The notes below the pieces were generated by a model. It was not told the origin of the DNA and searched no databases. It saw nothing but the letters and a program-made list of their open reading frames with translations. From Lingula anatina (taxonomy: Eukaryota; Animalia; Brachiopoda), in NCBI GenBank assembly GCA_051362555.1, contig CM120644.1, positions 24,636,534 through 24,700,533 on the forward strand: a DNA stretch of 64,000 nt, written 5' to 3'. Position 1 is the first letter of the stretch; each line of letters starts with the position of its first letter. The translations under genes were made by a program, and so were the position numbers. This document shows positions 62,039 through 64,000 of this stretch, in pieces.

Positions 62039-64000
62039 TATTTGGCGAACTTCCCTGTATTTTCTGCAAATTGGATATTTATAAGTGGTTTTATTTCAAC
62101 CTCGTGGGAAACCTGGTAGATTCTAGACAAGAGTTACGTACGTATGTTTCACTGAGGTTTAGGAGGTCATCTGAACACGTGGAGGACATTGACCTCGTGT
62201 TAACTGGCATAGACGAGAATTTAACAGAAAATATACTTATGTACTAATATTATCTGTAATTCTTAGTAAAAATGAGTAGAGAATGATATAGATCTTATGA
62301 TTATGATACAGTAAAACTGAAAGAAAATATGCATGGAACCTTGATCACCTTAAAATTTCATCTGAAGTTTCTTTCTTGCTATTTTTTCGTCTATTCCTGG
62401 ATATTTTATTTTTGTCTCCTCTTTCCTGGGGGTAAGAAAAGAGATATTTGATTAAGAAGAGTCCGTGCAGATATTAAGGAGGTAAAAGTCACCTCAGAGA
62501 GCAGAGTGTGGAGTGGTTTATTAAGTTAATGATAATTTTTACTCCTGAACCACCTGAGTCGTCTTGTTGCTTTCTTGGTTACGTGCAGGAGGTGTGTAGA
62601 TTCTTACCAACGCTGATGGTTGCCACGGAAAATTAAAGCTTTACTTGTTTTGTTTAATTTGGAACAACTGTGCACTAAAAAAAAAAAAAACAATAATAAT
62701 AATAAATAAACAAATAAATAAAAGGATGAATAAATAAATAAATAAATAAGTAAACGAGACATATTTTAAAATGAAAAATGAAGAATGAGAAAATGAACAA
62801 GTAGATAATTTAAAATCTGTCAGGAAAAACGAAAAAAAAAACAAAACAAAACAAACTGAAGACAGAAGCTAATTCTTAGAACTTTCTTTTCACCCAGATA
62901 TTTTCATTTTGGAACTATAAATGGCAATGATAGTCTTAGAAATGCATCTAACAGTGATATTTTTCCAAGAATATTGTCTCATAACAGTAAGTTTGCATTC
63001 CTCTGAAAACTGCCTCTGTTGCCAAATATAGTAGGATATACAAGTATATAAGCTGTACTGTACTTAATGACTGAGTGAAGTCATTCATATGAAGCAGCTT
63101 GTTGTAATGTCATTTTCTCCTGTCTGTTAGGTTAATACATTGTATCAGTTAAGTGAACTCGCCAGGCGCCATGCACACATCTAATCGTACACTCTGAGAT
63201 TGAGAGGTACGAGAGTAGTTGGACCGTCACGACACAATTAACATGTTTTATTGGAAGTTAATTACATAATATGGGATATAATGTCAGCTCAGTTGAATGG
63301 CTTTCCCAAGTAATAGTAGTTTACCCATGTGAATTGAAATAAGTGTATACAAGTGAATATGCGTACAGTCCTTCCCCCTCAATTCATAGTCCCATGCTCG
63401 TTTTCATATAAATGAAAAGATGATGGTGTTTTGAATGAGTTCAGTAGACATGAGATTATTATTTTTACTTTTCAGTATACATATATATTAAAATAGTCCA
63501 CGTTTCCTTGGTATTGGTAAAAAGTGTCCCATAGAACATCTCCATCAGTTACAGCAGTATGGCTGTTTCCTGTCGCACCTCCTGATTAGCTGTTGGATGT
63601 GTGGCAGTGCCCCGAGGTCTTGACTCTTTATAATTACATATATATCAAATAAATGGCTAAGCGTGTATGTGGAAATGGGAATAGCACACTAACAGAACTG
63701 GTGTCTCTTTCTTTTGGGTCTTTATTGCAACATATTAAGTTATGTTTTTAAGTTTTTTTATTGAAAAATGTGAAATAATTTACCTGTGACCCTGTTGTGC
63801 GTTCAATGACCCTCAGAATGGGCTGCAAGCAAGCTGATATATAATAGTATCCTGCTGAATTTAGCAGCCCTCAGGTGTCTTGCCATTATAATCATGATCC
63901 TCTGACATAAAAAAAATGTACTTTGATGTTGACTCAACAAAGTATTTAATAGTGATGTAGGAGCGTGGTCATATCTGTGGATGGAATTTCTCGCATAAAG

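Overview
AT-rich, intron-containing animal genomic DNA (repeat types suggest a marine invertebrate; the species cannot be fixed from the sequence). Left: two tandem paralogous + strand genes built from phase-1 exons (PAN/apple domain, Pro/Thr/His/Met/Tyr-rich repeats, atypical chitin-binding type-2 domain). Centre: a tandem duplication of a homeodomain-containing ceramide synthase (CerS5/6-like) on the - strand, copy A 10018-19922 and copy B 25619-46355. Copy B lies head-to-head with a complete RPL27 gene, its ATG only about 60 bp from the RPL27 TOP start. Main discovery: copy B carries two mutually exclusive versions of exon 9 (35329-35497 and 29307-29463), which encode the loop that sets acyl-chain specificity in mammalian CerS. 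Copy A lost one alternative exon through a 6.3-kb deletion, also lost intronic UGCAUG clusters and the RPL27-shared promoter, and has Asp->Asn in the Lag1 HDxxD motif, yet keeps an intact ORF. The rest holds Harbinger-type MITEs, a decayed Harbinger transposase, a TA-flanked TIR element, a Helentron/HINE-like element with a ~144-bp tandem array, and mini/microsatellites. I found no convincing coding exon in 49.6-64 kb.
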